Below are positions 1 through 12,500 of a DNA stretch of 64,000 nt, piece after piece. A program made the position numbers and the translations under genes. How positions within the stretch are numbered: position 1 is the stretch's first letter; the number at the start of each line of letters is the position of its first letter. Location: positions 124,001 to 188,000 of the forward strand of contig NW_020844403.1 of assembly GCF_003704095.1 (NCBI RefSeq). Direction: 5' to 3'. The notes beneath the pieces are model-generated. The model had not been told where the DNA came from and searched no databases. It saw only the letters and a program-made list of their open reading frames with translations. Source of the DNA: Pocillopora damicornis. Its lineage: Eukaryota.

Positions 1-545
1 TATTTGTCCTTACCTTTTCATGCAAACTATTTGTACCCTTTGTATTATTTTAACTTGTTGATATGCGAAGCATAGGAACAAGTAATGTGGGGATTTGAGG
101 TGCAGTTTTTGTGGTATTAACTTGGTCTTAGGAGTTTGGGAAGAGCATGCATCTTATTAGAGATAGCTGACCTAGAAGTAAGAAACCAGTGAGGAATTTG
201 GATTGCATTAATGCTTTTTACTTTGTGAAATGGCATGGTTCCAATTTGCTTAGAAACCTGAATACCATGTGGCTTGAACAAGTTTAATTAACTATCAAAA
301 CTGTGGAAAACATTTTTTTTGGCTAAATAACTCTAAAAAAAAAAAAAGGTAGAAAGAAGCAAAATGTAGAAAAACTCATGCCTTTCAGTGTTGGGAAAAA
401 GCAATGTGTGGTTTATTACTAACAAATCAATGCACATGTATGTCTTAGAATGGTGACATAAAACAATGCAGCAAAAATGTTAAGGGAAATGCAAAGGCAC
501 ACAGGTGCTGACACATAATGTTTATTGCTCTTGTTATTTTTACAG

Positions 546-3500
546 CCACGTCGTATAGTGGCCATGTCAATTGCAGAGAGAGTGGCCTCAGAAAGGGATG
601 AGATACTAGGAAAGAGTGTGGGTTACCAGGTATTGCCTCAGAGGACCAATATAGGTGACCTCTATTTTGAGTATTGTTTCAAATGATCATTAGCATGGAC
701 TCTTCTGCTTGTTACCTAATGACATGTTACTGAGAAGAAGATCACCTTGCATATCAAAGTGCTACAGTCAATCTATATCAATTCGATTGTGTTGGATATC
801 AAGTTTTACAGTCAATCTGCATCTTTCTGTACATATTCCCTGCCACTTCTTTTCATTTCATGACTGAAGTAGCCAGAAGAACCTTTTTCCTTTTTTTAAG
901 TTCAAATGTTTTTTCTTCATCAATCGTGTTTATTGTTGGTCAATGTGGCATGTTTCACTGTCAGGTTAGACTGGAGGGCAGACTGCCATCACAGAAGGGC
1001 TGTATACTGTTTTGCACCACAGGAATACTACTCAGAAGAATGCAGAGTAATGCCCTTCTTAAAGGCAAGTGATGCATTTTAAAATTTTTTTTTTATTATC
1101 AAAAAACAAATGAAGAAAATTTTACAAAAATTTTAAAAAATACATCGAAGAGTTTTTTTTTAAAAAATGCTTTACTTTTCATGTTTTATCTCCTTTGTTG
1201 TATTTCTTTGACAGGTGTCAGTCATGTCATAGTTGATGAGGTGCATGAGCGGGATATCAACACAGATTTTCTTCTGATCCTCCTTAAAGATTTGCTTGAA
1301 AAAAACCAGGACATCAAGATCATAGTGATGAGTGCAACTGTGAATTCGGAAAGATTCTCACATTATTTTCGAGGGTATCTAGTGAATTCAATTCTCTTTT
1401 TTTTGTTTAGATAGGGGTTTACATGTAAACAATGAATGAAGAATAGAGAATGACAGAAGCTCCAGACCGAACCAATATGGTGTCTTAAATTACTGAGGAG
1501 AATGCACTGCTTTTTCTACAACATTTGCTAATGATCAGATGTTCTAGTCTTCTTGGATGAATTGTAGGCCTCATCTCCTGCATCTTTTCTGTACTGGTCA
1601 GCAGGGATGTTAAAAAACTGATGTCCTTTAAGCAAAGAGTAGAGAACATGGCTCCCAGTGTTGACTGGTGTGACTGGGCAAAATTTTCTGTCATGAAAAT
1701 TGTGAACTGCTTAATGCAGTCTGATGTAAGGCATATTAGAGCATAATGCATTATATGAAAACTGCATCACCATCAGTTGGCACAGAATGTTTAACACAGG
1801 CTTTGGTTTTTTTTATTATTATTTCGTTATTTATTAATTTATATTCAATTACTTATTTTTTATAAATAGCTGTCCCAGTCTGGTCATTCCAGGATTCACT
1901 CATGATGTGACAGAATACTTTTTGTCAGAGGTCTATGAATTCCTGAGCAGAACACCTTTATCCAAACCTGCAACTGTCAAGAGCAAACGGTTCAAGCCAG
2001 ATTGCAGTTCTTCACAGGTTTTTGTCCAAAATGTAGTCATAATTATATTACTTTGTAAGCTTTAATGTTTGTTCAGTTCCTCAGTGAACCCAGTTCAAAA
2101 ATTGTTACCCCAATATTAACAACTATTTGAAGGAAACACAAAATTAATATAGAAGTGAAATTCTGTTAAATTGAAATACTCTGTTAACCTAAACTAGTGT
2201 CAAATTTCGAAAGTTGTGTCTGAACTTTAAACAAATAAAAGTTATAATTGCCTTTCATACATGTATGCTTGAGTTAGCCAAAATAAACTCACTTTTCTGT
2301 CGCATTAATTTTAAAGAAGAACTGTCCAGTGGGCCTCCAGTGACTCAATTTCTACTTTCCTCTGTTCTGCCTGGGTTTCATTTCAAAGCCTGGTGTCACA
2401 AATGGGTAGTGTTTGCTGGTAGTTCTCATCCTTGCACCAAATTTATCTCCCTGGTCCTCCAGTTCCCAATCCCCTCCTCTTGACCAAGCCCCCTCCCACC
2501 CAACCTTTCACAAAAAGAAACAACCCTTAATTTTTTTAATAAGCATGCCAGTTTCCCTAGTCAATGTTATGTTTAGTATGACTAACCATTAGTGGCCAGT
2601 CCAAGGTTTTTTAAACAGTATGAAGATAACAAACTTGGTATATAAATTGAAGTTATGCTTTTTAATGTTTTTTTTTTCTCTCAACACCCCAGCCCAGGTT
2701 TAATGAAAAATGTTGCTGTTCCAGCTAACCTTTGAGCTTTTCTTTATTCAAGGTATTACTTGTCTATGTCAACAGTTTTCTGTGTTTTTTTAAGCCTCAT
2801 TTGCACAGCTGTTTCTGCATTTTGATGTGTTTACATGTGCATGTTTATATGCACATTTGTGTGAGCAAATAAATTTTACAATTGCTGAGCTTTTCTGTAC
2901 ATGGACTCATCAGGTTAGAGAGGTAATTAGGATAATCTCATCATCAACTTGCTATTGGAATAAATCCAATGGACTAAATTCTAATTTTCCTATTATTGTT
3001 TTTTCTTCTTCTCAATTTTCTATCAATTTGTACTAAAAATCTGTTCTTTAGATGCTGGAGCTGGGGTGTTGAGACACCTATTTTTCAAGTAATAATAATC
3101 CCATAGTATCACTGTTACTCTGGTTGTAGTGCTTTTCTTTTATGTATTTACAGTGTGGCCTGCATATTTGAATTGCTGTTATGACGTTGTTCAGTTGTTG
3201 TGATGGCAAGTTGCTGTCAAAATCAATGACTCTTTTACTTACCAGGCCAGCAAGGATGCGGACAGCCCTGAGGCAGATGCCGAGCTCGTTACTGAGACAA
3301 TTCTTTTTGTGTCTAAGAACTACCCACAGGTAAGAACAACGTAAAAAGCATCATTAACAACAACTTAAACCTCAGCAGAACAGCAAACCGTACGTTGTTG
3401 CGTGATCGCGGGGGATTTAGCGAACACGATGACCGTAAGGAGGTTGGGATCGAGCGTGCCTTTTATACTTTTTCGGTAAACAGTAGAAACAAGCAAACAA

Positions 3501-6500
3501 AGCAAACATACCAAAGAAAAAGAAATAAAACAAAGCAAAACAAGAACAAGTCGTAGAAAGACTAGTTTTGCATGTTCAGTTATAGTAACTACTTGATCCT
3601 GTTGTATCCTTTCAATTTAATTTTCGCCTGGGTTCCACGATGACTAATTATGTCTTTTGCTGTCAATAATCATTTCCTCTTTGTAAATGAACGTCATCCT
3701 TTTTTTGACAGGGAGCCATATTATGCTTTTTGGCTGGATGGGATGAAATCACTGTTGTTCATGACATGTTGTTATCCAGGATCAGTGATGTACGTGAGAG
3801 GTTACTTTGATTTTGTTTTAAGGAAAATCGTTTTTGGTTCGTTACACGACAAGGTTAACTCTTTACAACTTAACATTAGTAGGAATATTCTCCAAACTGT
3901 TCTCCATACATTTCCTAAGGTGCTGACAAGGAGAATTTGTTTAACAATCAAGAGCTTCTGTAGTTGGTGATCATTTCCTTTATTCTCATGACCTTGGGGG
4001 ATTCAGGGGTAATAATGTATAAATTAGATGCTAGTCACTCTCAAAGATTAAGTTTTGTAGGGTGTCAGGCTTGTATCTGATTATGAACAAAACTATGCAA
4101 GGGAAAACTTTCTCCTTGTTTTTCTCTTTGTTGTTCTCTTTGTTTTCTTTGGGTAAATTTCTTATGGTGTAAATTTTATTTGTATTTGTTTGAATAAATA
4201 ATTCTTGTTAAATTGTTTCAGAAATCCCAGTTCCTTGTGCTACCACTCCACTCCATGCTTCCAATGTTTAATCAACGAACAGTGTTTGAAAGGTTTGTTA
4301 CCTAAAGGGTAAAGAAAATCACGTCAGAGACAATGAACGCAGGGACCGCACATTTTGCTCGAGTCCTAAGTTGTATTTTTGTAAATTATAAAAACATTAA
4401 ATTTTTTCTTAAAATGTCGCATCCTAAAGGGTTGTGCGATCATAGCAGACAGCTTTTTTCAACCTTCCTTTGCCTATAGTAACTTCTTTTACGTTTTTGT
4501 ACAGAACTAGTGGCAGTGAAACTATCCTCAAAAGTAGTCGCGCAAAGAAGAATATTTCACAGTTTTGGGGAATCGTTTCGACTGCGATTTGATCGAAAAC
4601 TTCGACGAATCAATTAGGCGTACCAGCGCTGATATGAACTATGGAAGTTTTCTACCGCGATAAACCTCCAACACTTTTTAACTTCAATACAATCTATTAT
4701 TTAATTTAGGTGGCGAGTTTAGCAATTTAGGGGAATTGACTCAAAGTTATACTTGGCACTGATATCAGGGCGTGCTTTGGTCAAGTTTTTCTGGGTTCTC
4801 ACTGATCAGTATCAATTTAAACTAACTACATGACTAAGTTCGCCTTGTTCGTTGAATCCTAGAATTTTTTCACACGCGTAAGTTATGTTTATCATAGTTA
4901 TTTAAAAAATATATTACTAACCTTGTTTCATAACTTAAAACAATCATAAACTAAAACCAAGAAAAACGTCGGACAAAATTAATGTTGAATTAGCCCTCTT
5001 TACATTCTTTTAAAGGTTTGTTTTTCTTCCCAGACCCCCTGTTGGAGTACGCAAGATTGTATTAGCGACCAACATAGCAGAAACTTCGATAACTGTTGAT
5101 GACATAGTCTACGTTATAAATGCTGGCAATCACAAGGAAAAAATATATGATACAGGAAAGAAGGTGAATCTAATTATCAGTAAGAATAAACCATATTTCC
5201 ACCAACCGATACCGCTCGTCAAGGGCACTCGCCAAGACGAGATTTTTTCGCGCTATAGACATGGGCAAAATAGACTGGTCAACAACGTTTAAGTTATATT
5301 TAGACTCAATGAACCTGATTTTCCAAAAATTAAGTAACCTTTATCTCGTTTGTTTCTTCGATGTTTTTGTAGCCTGTTCCAGGAGTTTAGTTTGTAAAAC
5401 AGAACAGGACTGTAAACGACGCGATAGTAGCAGGGAGTGAAAAAACGACAAACCTTGCTCGGTTTTTTGCTCACCTGCTACTAACGCTCCGTTTACAATC
5501 GCGGTCCGGTTTACGAACTGAATGCCTGGAACAGGCAAACGTTTTTCTGAGTAAATAAAAGCGGAAAGGCAGCATGGGTTTTTCGTGTATGCCAAATTCA
5601 CAACATGAAAGTGACTGCTTTTAGTTCCTCTTGCGTCTGTGTGGATGTTTCCTAATAATAATCGATAGGAATCTCTTTTAGACTGTTTTCGATGAAATGT
5701 CGTTAAACCAAAACCAGAGAAATCACAACAACCAATGAGAAGAAAGGAAAATATCACAAGGAGCCAATGAGGATTGAAAGCACAGTATGTAAATTTCTTG
5801 AAGGGCGGGAAAATGCGAGTGGCTAAGTCGCAAATTCTTCAGAAAATTCATCAGCGCCACGTCACAAGAAAAGTATAAAGCTCAATAATAACGATTGTTG
5901 TTTGACTTCAACTGTTATTTGTTAGGTGTCCTGTTTGATGACGCACTGGACATCTCAGGCCAGTGTGGTTCAGAGGCGAGGCAGGGCTGGTCGTTGTCAA
6001 CCTGGTTTGTGCTTCAACCTCTTTACAAGACAACGTTTTGAACATATGGGTATGTGTCTGTATCACAACAAGGATCGATTTTACTTTATTTTGAAGGGTG
6101 AAACTCAGAAAATTGTGAACTCTTTGTTTTGATTCTGATGAGTCTGTTTGTGCTTCAGCAAAACTACATTCAACGATAGCGTAAATTGACGTGCGGCTGG
6201 TGCTTAGAGCGTGGTTTGTTTTCCAAGGGACTTCCCTGTTTTAAAGTTCCGAATTTGATTCACTGGTGACTTTACAAACAAACTCTGATCTGTTAGTGAT
6301 TTTTCGCCCATTGTTTTGTTTATTTTTGTCACTTTTCACAGCCCCGTACCAGTCACCTGAAATGCAAAGAGTTTCCCTCGAGGAGATTGTCCTTCAAACA
6401 AAGGTACGATAAGAAGTATGCTTTCAGTTGGTAGTCGTTAAATCATTTTCCAAGGGAACACTAAGCTCTTTGCGTAAATATTGTAAAGATAATATATTCT

Positions 6501-9500
6501 GAATAACGTACGCAGATCCAATCTATAGACGAATCCTACTCCGTGCGGCAATTTTTGTCCAAGGCCTTGGATCCTCCGTCGCCATTTGCTGGTAAAATGA
6601 TGTTTCTTTTCCTATATCAGTAAAGAGATCGTGCTCTTTTCGATTCAATCTAAGCTTAATGTAAATTTTAATGGAGAACTCCTCATGTACAACTGAACAG
6701 TGCAACTGCGCTGTTGCTAAGGTTTTGAGCGGCCTAACCAAATTGCTTGTGTCTCAAATTACAGTTCACAATGCAATAACACAGTTAGAAGAGATTGGAG
6801 CAATGGATACCAAGGTACGTTGAACTTTTAAGTACAGGTAACAACATGATTTCGAATGCAATTTGGTGCTAATAAGTACGAGTAAAATTTTCAAAGACAA
6901 GTTTAGGAAAATTTACAAGTGCTTAGTTACACCAAATTGCACGAGACGAGTCAAGTTGTTATTAATTTGCATGAGAAACGCATCACAGAAAGTCAAGACG
7001 GACAAAATTTTGGCAGCGCGCGTGTGCTATTTGTAATTTGCACTTGTGTTACAACTTTGCACCTGTGTTACATGAAAAATGCTCTCGTTTTCAGCCAATC
7101 AGGCGCGCGTAATTTAAATTACTACAACAGTAACACCGGTGCTATGTAAAATGTTTTTGGTTCTAATTTGTTAGTATATCAGAAGTGAATGGCAAATTGT
7201 TGAGATTTCAGTTTATTACTACAATGAAGTTGATCAGTGAACGTATAATGAGCACGTACAGTTTAATGAATGATGAAAGGAACAAGAACCTTTTTATTTG
7301 GTTTAATAGCAGGGGCTCGAGCTACTAATTAAGAAAGTGTGGCAGATTGTAATGTTAGCTTCGTTTCAGGGAAGGATCGAAAGATGTCTTAAAACACCAA
7401 AGATATTTTCAGAAAACTAATATCACTTCTCATTTTTACGACAGGAGCAATTGACGCCGCTTGGAAGACACATGGCGCATTTACCCGTCGAACCGCGAAT
7501 AGCGAAAATGATTATATACGGTGCTATTTTCAGGCGAGTGGTAATCTGCACGGGGAAAGTGCCTGAGTGGTTCGGCTTTGTTTATACCTTTGTCTTAGAC
7601 GCTCCACTTGCCGAGACTCTTTGCTCGTAAGAGCTCAGTCTTTTAAAAGTAATTCTAAAAAAGTGACTGAATCAGTCAACAATGCTCTTCAGTTTATAGA
7701 AAGAGTTTCAGGTTCAACCTGCGCAGCTGAAGTTTCATTAATGTTTGTCGACGCAACACTGTAGTCAGTAACCCTTGACACCCTTAGATATTCTCATGCA
7801 TATTCTTTATACATTTCCTAAGGTTCTGGAAAGGAGAATCTCTTTAACAGTCGAGAGCCTCTTTAGTTGACGATCATTTCCCTTATTCTCGTGACATCAA
7901 TATCGTTTAGTTTTCTTGTTCTCGCGTAGGTGCTTAGATCCGGTGTTGACCATTGCAGCGGGCCTCAATTATAAAGATCCATTTGTATCGCCGCTCAACT
8001 TACGAGAGCAGGCTGATCAGGTAAGATACTAGCTTTCTAGTTTCATCAGTTTCACATAAACTTCAAGACCAGAAAATGACTTATAGTGATTATGGGAATT
8101 TGCAAGGAAATGCTTAGCGGCAGGAGGGGAGAATAAACAATTAGATCTTAGGGGTTGAAAGATTTTAATTATATCTCAGACTGTTAGAAGTCTTCACTTC
8201 TTAACATGCCGTGGCACGCTAAGATCGTACAATGCAACATCGACACTCCTCTACGGTGAGGAAAGATTCTTATCGTTTGATTTCTTGTCGCAGTCTCGCA
8301 AAAACTTTGCCGGCGACAGCAAAAGTGACCACGTGGCACTGCTGAATGCTTATAATGGTTGGTTAGAGGCCTTGAGTCGATCCCAAGGGAAACAATTTGT
8401 TCAACAACGATTTCTTCACTGGGGCACTCTCAATATGATACGCGGTAGGTACCAGGTATCCACGTTTTGTACAAACCTTCTAAACGTTCCTTCGTCTAGT
8501 TTACTCATGAAAATGTCGATTACTCCCTTGTAGTTTCCCAAGGAAAGACATATCTTTCTCCCCCTCCTGGTAGAAAAACCATGGCAATAAGCTTTGCGTG
8601 AAAGTTTCTGTTCCAAATTGAGATAACTGGGATTGTTTTGTGCCTGAAATGTTTTGTGTTTTCCTCTAAGCTCCGCTAAAGGTATGAAATTTAGGTGGTA
8701 ATCAAGCGTTGGAGTTTCTCTGGCATCTTTGGCTGATCGTAAAGCGGTTACAGGGGAAGAGTGGGACATAGAAATTCTGAAACTACAAGCTCTGTGGACA
8801 TATCATTTCAAAACTCTCTCTATTCTTTTTTATTTCATTTGACTCCCGAGATCGGATTAGATTTGCCTCTTCCTTAAGACCTTACATCTCTTTGTAGGAA
8901 AATGAGTAAAGAGAGTTTTAGAAGTTACGTGAGAGTCACGGTTGGATAGTTTAACGGTTAGGCCTTCTGTCACGATACTTCTTTTGTCTTCCTCTTGTCA
9001 ATTTTATGTGTGAGAGAAAACCGAGTTTTCCTAGAGTGGAATGTTGTTGATATTCTCCTTCTAAGAATCTCATAAATCTTTCAACAAGCAGCGTGACTAT
9101 TTGATCCTAAATACCTGACAGCAGCTGTATATTGACGTTATATTTTTTCCGTTTAGTCCTGTATTTTGTCAATTACATTCAGTGTGTTATCACTCATCAA
9201 AAATACACCTTTGTGTCGTATTTCAACTCATGTTATGCTCTATCGCGTGTAGCACTTGTTTTACAAAGGCATGCCTCTCCTGTTTGATTTTTTTTTGGTC
9301 ATGTTAGAAAACCTGAAATGTAAAGTATATTAATTTTTCTTCATGCTTTATCAACTTATGTCACGGGCGTGGAAGGGAAAGATCTTTGATAGTCACGCGC
9401 TTGAGAGGATGAAGATCCTTATGAGTTTAGCCGGTTTGCGGTGAGATGATCCAGCGCTGAGTTGCAAATAACGCGATTATAAGTTAGGCCACTGGTAGGT

Positions 9501-12500
9501 TCATATGTGACTTGCGCCCCTCTTACTGCCAGCATCACCGATGTCGAAGGCGTCGTGTGAGTAAATAGAGTAAGAATGGTAGTAAATTTGAAACTCACCC
9601 TCTGTTCGTGAGTTAAAATATAAGTAAAACTGAGATTATTGTGCAAGGGTTTGATAATATCGGGTTTAACCAACACCTAAACCACGAAATACAGATTAGA
9701 AACGATATTCCAGAAGGAAAAATTTTATTCCAGTGGACAAAACGAACGATAATTTAGCGGAGAATACTCTACTTTCTTGGCACTCTTTGACGATGTCACA
9801 CACATGCAGCCGTCTAATCCTGAGTGGGATTAAAGGATGATCTAGGAATTTGTAATGTAGGCCTGTCCCTGAAGTTACTTTCTGGTAAACCTCTACGCTT
9901 AAATTACCTATGAGGAAAATCTTACAGCACTGCCCTCTTGAGATAAAAGGTTGAAAGTAAGGGAACTTTTCCGAACCGGAAGATACCCGCCCTGCGTTGG
10001 TGGGCCTACCTCTTCCTCTACTTTGACCTCGTCATTTTAACACTTTGAAGCATGTAACGATGATTGTCAACTCTGACTTTGAATGGTCCACGACTGAGTC
10101 GGCTTCGTTAAGCCATTTTTAAACTTGTGTCTCGGGCAAGTTACTCAACTGATTCAGTGAATGTTGAAAGTAACCAGACGGAAATATCGTCAAGTTTTTG
10201 ACTGCGTATGTCTTCAAGTTTTGCGTTCCATACTTTGACACCGGAATAACATCTCCGTTTTTGTCTAGGGTGTATTTCCTCCCCAGTAATTTGAAAATAG
10301 CTGTTCGCACTTCTTTTGAACGAAAACAGTACACAAAAGGGTTTAAAGATGAGTTAATGTAGACTATCGAAGCCGTAATTTTGTAGATGATGTTCAGCCA
10401 CAGGCTGCCCCCTTCGAGCAATCTTACCACAAGTGTAGTGATAAACGGAATATAACAGGCCAGGAAAAGCACAATTACGTAGAGCATCGTCACCGCGGAG
10501 CGTTTGAAGCTATGAATATTTATACCAGGTGGCGCAAGATGTCTCTGATCGCGAGTTTTATTCTGAAGTTTTCGCACTTGATGATAAATACTGGAGTAGG
10601 CAAAGATCACAATTGCAATGCTGTTCACGTCCATTACAAAAATGGTAAGCACAAGTATGTTATACGGGGCACCTAAAAGACGTGCCATGATCAAAGCCGT
10701 ACACAGAACCCAGAAAAACATGACTACGGTCAAAACTCGCGGAATTGTAACCAATGCCTTGTATCTTAAGTGAAGTTTTATTGCCAGAAGCCTCTCAACT
10801 GAAATGGCGGATATGACCAAGAAAGAAACGCCAGCGCATACCCAAGCTAAAGATCCTGTTGTGGTAATCTTGGCGATGCAGAAACCGTCAGAATTTCTTC
10901 TTATTTCGAAGATCATTTGTAAAGCGTACATCGGTTGAACGATGGCGCCGACTAGCAAATCGGAGAGCGCTAGGCTACAAAGAAGCGTGTTTGACGGCGT
11001 TCGGAGCGAACGAGTTCTTTTCACGGCCATAATAACTAGAATATTGCCCGCTGTCGACGTGACAGAGGTCAGCAAGTTCACTAAAATGAGGATAACGTTA
11101 GTTATAAAAGTTTCCCTTGTGTGGCTCCATTCTTCTTCCAGATGATAGCACTGTATCTTGATTGTTTGCGCTTCGACGGACGGAGAACTCATCGTGGCGT
11201 TTTGCATGACGGAAATGTTTACTTGTGGCGCGTGCGTCTTCTTATTCGAACAGCTTACGTCGCTGATGAAATCAAATGTTACCCATGCCTTCTGAATGTA
11301 AATGGATATCAAAACAGCGACGGAAGCGCGGAAATCCTATCTCCTTACATGTAAACGAGACGAGAACTTACTCAACTTTCAGATGAAATTTATGACTGTT
11401 CTTGTCATGAAAGATTTCGAAAGTGCTGAATTTGTCGGCTGGGGGGGCAAGTTTCGGATTCTTAGGTAACTGCTAGCTAATTTCTATTGCTTATAATCGT
11501 AGCCGCTTTGCTGAATCCCCAGAGGTGTGACTGTGTTTCTTTTTGACACCAAACGGCGACAGATAAAAACATCCTTGCCAGACTGATGTGATCTTTGTTC
11601 TTTGAGGGAAAGTTCCGGCTTCAGAATTTCTTTCGAAACCAATCACTATATTTTACAAGACGTTTTTATACTAATCTGATCAAAGGTTCCTACCTTTTAA
11701 AGTACCAAATGCACTTTACGTGTCCCAGATGGTTTTGAAATGCACCTCGTTGGAGTTCTTTCGTTATGACGATGATGATATAAGTAGGGGGCTTGAAGTA
11801 GTTCAATTTCCGAAGTTTTGTGTTTTTAAAAAGGCAGAGTCCTTCAGAGGCACGTTTTTCCAGAAGTTTCCTCGTCATCGAACCAAATGCTTTGCAGTAA
11901 TTTGTCCGGTTGGTGCTAAAATGCTGGTCGTAGAAATTCCCTCTGCGATAAATCACGTTTTTAATAGTTTAGCTGGGATTCCGTTTTTAGGCATGTTATG
12001 AAAAAAGGACGAGTCCTTCAAGAATGAGTTTCGCTTGAGTTGAAAAGTAAGTATGGAAATGAATATCACCGCGGAGTCAAGTTTAGATTAAGTGTATTTC
12101 TTATTTGCTTTGGCTATTCATCAACTTTTACGCTGAACAAACATTGCCATAAGTCTGTGGCAGTTTCGATAGCGAGATGCTTATCAAGCCGGTAATAAAA
12201 CCTTCTCTGTTTCAACAATTGTCACTCGTTCTCTTTTGCCTTCGAGTTGTTTTTACTTCTTGCGGTGCACCTGGCTATGCTGCGTGATGTATTTTGACTT
12301 ACAAGGCGGTAATTAGATTTGTCAGCAAACGCAAAGAGCGGGTAATGCGGGCTAAAGACACGCGCGTTTGAGAAATATATCTAATTTTTTGTCTTTCTTC
12401 TATTTATTTTGTATTAATCTCCTTCTAATCGTTTTTGCTAGATTAAATGTTGTTCTTTGTCACAGCCTCCATGTTTACTTTTACTGAAGACAAAGGGCCA

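Noticed and set aside
1375-1869. U12-type intron (donor gtatct)
   Set aside because: The donor GTATCTAG does not match the strict GTATCCTT consensus, and no TCCTTAAC branch site is seen near the acceptor.
11208-11312. 35-aa N-terminal extension of the GPCR in the ORF track
   Set aside because: It starts at TTG and contains an acceptor-like tract. The first ATG at 11207 gives a normal glycosylated N-terminus.
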